Source: Malacoraja senta
Taxonomy: Eukaryota
Reading direction: 5' to 3'
NCBI GenBank assembly: GCA_038087875.1
Contig: CM075995.1
Span: 6,450,001-6,514,000 of the forward strand
Length of the DNA: 64,000 nt
Shown here: piece by piece, positions 60,501 through 64,000 of the stretch
Numbering within the stretch: the first letter of the stretch is position 1
Layout: each line of letters begins with the position of its first letter
Translations under genes and position numbers: made by a program
Notes under the pieces: generated by a model
Databases searched by the model: none
What the model was told of the DNA's origin: nothing
Seen by the model: only the letters and a program-made list of their open reading frames with translations

Positions 60501-62232
60501 AAATGTAAAAATTGACCCTAATAAATGTAGAACAGTGTTAATGTGCGGGGTTCGCTGGTCGGCGTGGGCCGAAGGGCCTGTTTCCACGCTGTATCTCTAA
60601 GCTAAACTAAATCTCCACCTTAATACTGGAAACAGTGAGGTGAAGGATGGAAATTTAGAAGGGTCTTGATGCATCTGGGTTATTTTGGTTAAATAAAGCG
60701 AGGTCATAGAGTGATGCATATCCCTCTAAACTTGTCCTATCCATGTACCTGCGCGAAAACTAGGAGGTACAGACAGCACCTGTAGTCAGAATCGAACCCG
60801 GGTCTCTGGCACTGTGAGGCAGCAATTCTACCGCTGCACCACCGTGCCGCGCCACGCAAACTGGGGGGGCTGGTGCAGGGAGCAAGGATTTAGCTTTATA
60901 GACCACTGGGATCTCTTCTGGGGTAGGGGTGACCTGCACAATAGGGACGGGTTACACCTTAACTGGAGGGGGACCGACATTCTGGCAGGCAGGTTTGCTA
61001 GGGCTACACGTGTGGTTTTAAACTAAATAGTGGGGGGGAGGGATTGACATATCGGGAGTATAAAGATGGAGTTAAAGGGAAAGCGAGTACAGGAAAAGTT
61101 ACAAAAGACTCCCGAAGTAATGGGAAGTAGAGTTCAAGAAGGGATAAGAGATTAAGGTCATGGCCAATAGTGGGGCCGGTATGAGAGGGGAGGTGAATAC
61201 CGAAGTCAAAGTGTTGTTTATGAATGCGCGAAGTATAAGAAATAAAGTGGATGAACTTGAGGCTCAGTTAGAAATTGGCAAGTATGATGTTGTGGGAATT
61301 ACAGAGACATGGCTGCAAGAGGGCGAGGGCTGGGAACTGAATATTCAAGGGTATACGTCCTATCGAAAAGACAGGCAGGTGGGCAGAGGGGGTGGGGTGG
61401 CTCTGTTGGTGAGGAATGAAATTCAGTCCCTTGAGAGGCGTGACATAGAATCAGGAGATGCAGGAGAACTGAGGAATTGTAGGGGTAGAAAGACCCTAAT
61501 GTGACTTTCCTACAGGGCCCCAAAAGTAGCCTGCATATAGGGTGCAAATTGAATCAAGAGTTAAAATTGTCATGTCCTACAGGTAATACTCCGGTTGTTA
61601 TGGGGAATTTCACCATGCAGGTAGACTGGGTAAATCAGTTTGGTACTGGACCCCAAGAAAGGGAGTTTGTGGAGATGGATTCTTAGAGCAGCTTGTATTG
61701 GAGCCTACCAGGGAGAAGGATTTAGTGTTGTGTAATGAATTTGATAAGGGAACTTGAGGTTAAGGAGCCATTAGGAGGTAGTGACCATAATATGATAAGT
61801 TTTAATCTACAATTTGAGAGGGAGAAGGGTAAATCGGAAGTGTCAGTAATACAGTTGAATAAAGGGAACTATGGAGCTATGAGGGAGGAGCTGGCCAAAG
61901 TTGGCTGGAAAGATACCTTAGCAGGGATGACAGTGGAACAACAATGGCAAGTATTTCTAGGAATAATACAGAAGGTGCAGGATCAGTTCATTCCGAAGAG
62001 GAAGAAAGATTCCAAGGGGAGTAACGGGTGACCATGGCTGACAAGGGAAGTCAGGGACAGTGTAAAAAGAAAAGAAAAGAAGTACAACATAGCAAAGATG
62101 ATCGGGAAGCCAGAGGATTGGGTAGCGTTATAAAGAGCAACAGAAGATAACTAAAAAGGCAATACAGGGAGAAAAGATGAGGTACGAAGGTACGTTAGTC
62201 AAGAATATAAAGGAGGATAGTAAAAGCTTCTT

Positions 62233-62235
<3 letters not shown>

Positions 62236-62283
<48 letters not shown>

Positions 62284-62386
62284 ATACTTTATTAATCCCC
62301 TTTTCAGGGGAAATTCAGATGTCCTTGCAGCACACTAATAAAAATACAACATAACATTAAAGAAGAAACATTAAAACATAAAAACA
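62236..62386 (-). mobile_element. Short LINE 3' tail with (GATA)n inserted in the CR1
   Basis: TSD tttag at 62231-62235 and 62387-62391; minus-strand aataaa followed by (tatc)n. Confidence 0.7.
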
Positions 62387-63197
62387 TTTAGGTATGTGAA
62401 GAGGAAAAAATTAGTTAAGACCAAAGTTGGACCCTCGAAGACTGGAAAAGATGAATTTATTATGGGGAACAAGGAAATGGCAGATGAGTTGAACAGGTAC
62501 TTTGGATCCGTCTTCACTAAGGAGGACTCAAACAATCTTCCTGATGTACTAGTGGCCGGAGGATCTGGGATGACGGACGAACTGAAGGAAATCCACATTA
62601 GGCAGGAAATGGTATTGGGTAAACTGATGGAACTGAAGGCTGATAAATCCCCAGGGCCTGATGGTCTGCATCCCAGGGTACTTAAGGAAGTGGCTCTAGA
62701 AATCGTGAATGCATTGGTGATAATTTTCCAATGTTCTCTAGATTCAGGATCAGTTCCTGTGGATTGGAGAGTAGCTAATGTTATCCCAATTTTTAAGAAA
62801 GGTGGGAGAGAGAAAACAGGGAATTATAGACCAGTTAGCCTGACATCGGTGGTAGGGAAAATGCTGGGGTCAATCATAAAAGTTGAAATAGTGGCACATT
62901 TGGATAGTAGTAACAGGATCAGTCTGAGCCAGCATGGATTTACAAAGGGGAAATCATGCTTGACTAATCTTCTGGAATTTTTTGAGGATGTAACTAGGAA
63001 AATGGACAAGCGAGAAAATGGACAGTGCATCTAGTGGACCTGGACTTTCAGAAAGCATTTGATAAGAAAACATAGGAGATTAGTGGGCATAATGAGGGCA
63101 CATGGTATTGGGGGTAGAGTGCTGACATGGATAGAAAATTGGTTGGCAGACAGGAAACAAAGAGTAGGGATTAACGGGTCTTTTTTAGAATGGCAGG

Positions 63198-63840
63198 TAA
63201 TAATAATAATAATAATAGATTTTATTTATATAGCGCTTTTCAGGATTCAAAGTCGCTTTACATTGAGAGTCAGGAATAAACAAAACAAAATAGAGTAGTA
63301 AGACAGATGCAAATGGGGAGGGGAACATGGGACTAAGGGTATGCAGAGGTGAAGAGATGGGTCTTGAGGCGGGACTGGAAGATGATGAGGGACTCAGAAT
63401 TTCGGACCAGTTGTGGGAGGGAATTCCAGAGCCTGGGAGCTGCCCTGGAGAAGGCTCTGCCTCCAAAAGTGCAGAGGTTTGATTTCGGAGTGGAGAGGAG
63501 ACCAGCTGATGTGGATCTGAGGGACCGTGAGGGTTGGTAGGGGGAGAGGAGGTCAATGAGATAAGGGTGGGCCAAGTTGTTGAGGGCTTTGTAGATGAGG
63601 ACCAGGATTTTGTAGGTGATCCGGTGGGAAATGGGAAGCCAGTGAAGTTCTTTGAGAACTGGGGTGATGTGGTGCCAGGATTTGGTGTGGGTAATGAGTC
63701 GAGCGGCTGCATTCTGGTCCAGTTGGAGTCGGTTGATGCTGCTGGAATTGATTCCAAAGAGAAGAGAGTTACAGTAGTCCAGTCGGGAGGAGATGAAGGC
63801 ATGGATGAGTCTTTCAGCAGCGGGGGGTGTGAGAGAGGAT
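63198..63840 (-). mobile_element. L2-clade LINE 3' fragment inserted in the CR1 RT
   Basis: Same family as 51514-52066; GGRAFSRAAPRLWNSLP; splits CR1 gaatggcagg|...|tgactagtgggg. Confidence 0.88.
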
Positions 63841-64000
63841 CTGACTAGTGGGGTACTGCAAGGCTAGGTGCTGGGACCACAGCTATTTACAATATATATT
63901 AATGATTTAGATGAAGGGATTGCATGGCAGATGCAGTTTAATGTGGATAAATGCGAGGTTATTCAACTCCCCCTCCCATTTCGTATCCGACCTTTCTGTC

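Larger units (their letters stand above)
60858..63960 (+). mobile_element. Long degenerate CR1 LINE: ORF1 esterase end, ORF2 endonuclease and RT
   Basis: ORF1 SGNH-like FIDHW...RDGLHLN; EN MNARSIRNK, GITETWL, SDHN; RT SPGPDGLHPRVLKE, NYRPVSLTSVVGK, QHGF..GKSCLTNL; multiple frameshifts. Confidence 0.93.

Noticed and set aside
60814..61026. Esterase-like DGLHL peptide as a host gene
   Set aside because: It is the ORF1 end of the CR1 whose ORF2 starts just downstream

Overview
Repeat-dominated vertebrate genomic DNA. The HE1/V-SINE, HER1-type CR1, Rex/Babar, L2, L1, Penelope, Tc1 and Helitron content points to a cartilaginous fish, most likely a skate or ray (inference). The only host coding sequence I can support is a 151-bp + strand exon at 54664-54814 ([32 protein letters not shown]...). 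It matches JARID2 exon 2 and is missing from the supplied ORF track, so the window is probably jarid2 intron 1, exon 2 and the start of intron 2. Nearly all listed ORFs are transposon fragments or noise. The most notable signal is roughly 20 Penelope-derived short inserts carrying a minimal hammerhead-ribozyme motif (CUGAAGA-A-GGGU/ACCC-GAAACGUC). They occur as TSD-flanked ~120-bp units, fold-back hairpins and a 66-bp minisatellite, next to a GIY-YIG-coding Penelope fragment with the same end. Other structures: a Rex>Tc1>L1 nest with an uninterrupted L1 ORF2 half, head-to-tail Helitrons, a 7-bp-TSD DNA transposon inside a SINE, a Harbinger MITE, a structured RTE-like insert, local inverted duplications, a candidate 12-nt in-frame microexon and candidate regulatory islands. 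A 200-N assembly gap lies at 21184-21383. All family assignments come from motif recognition; no database search was run.
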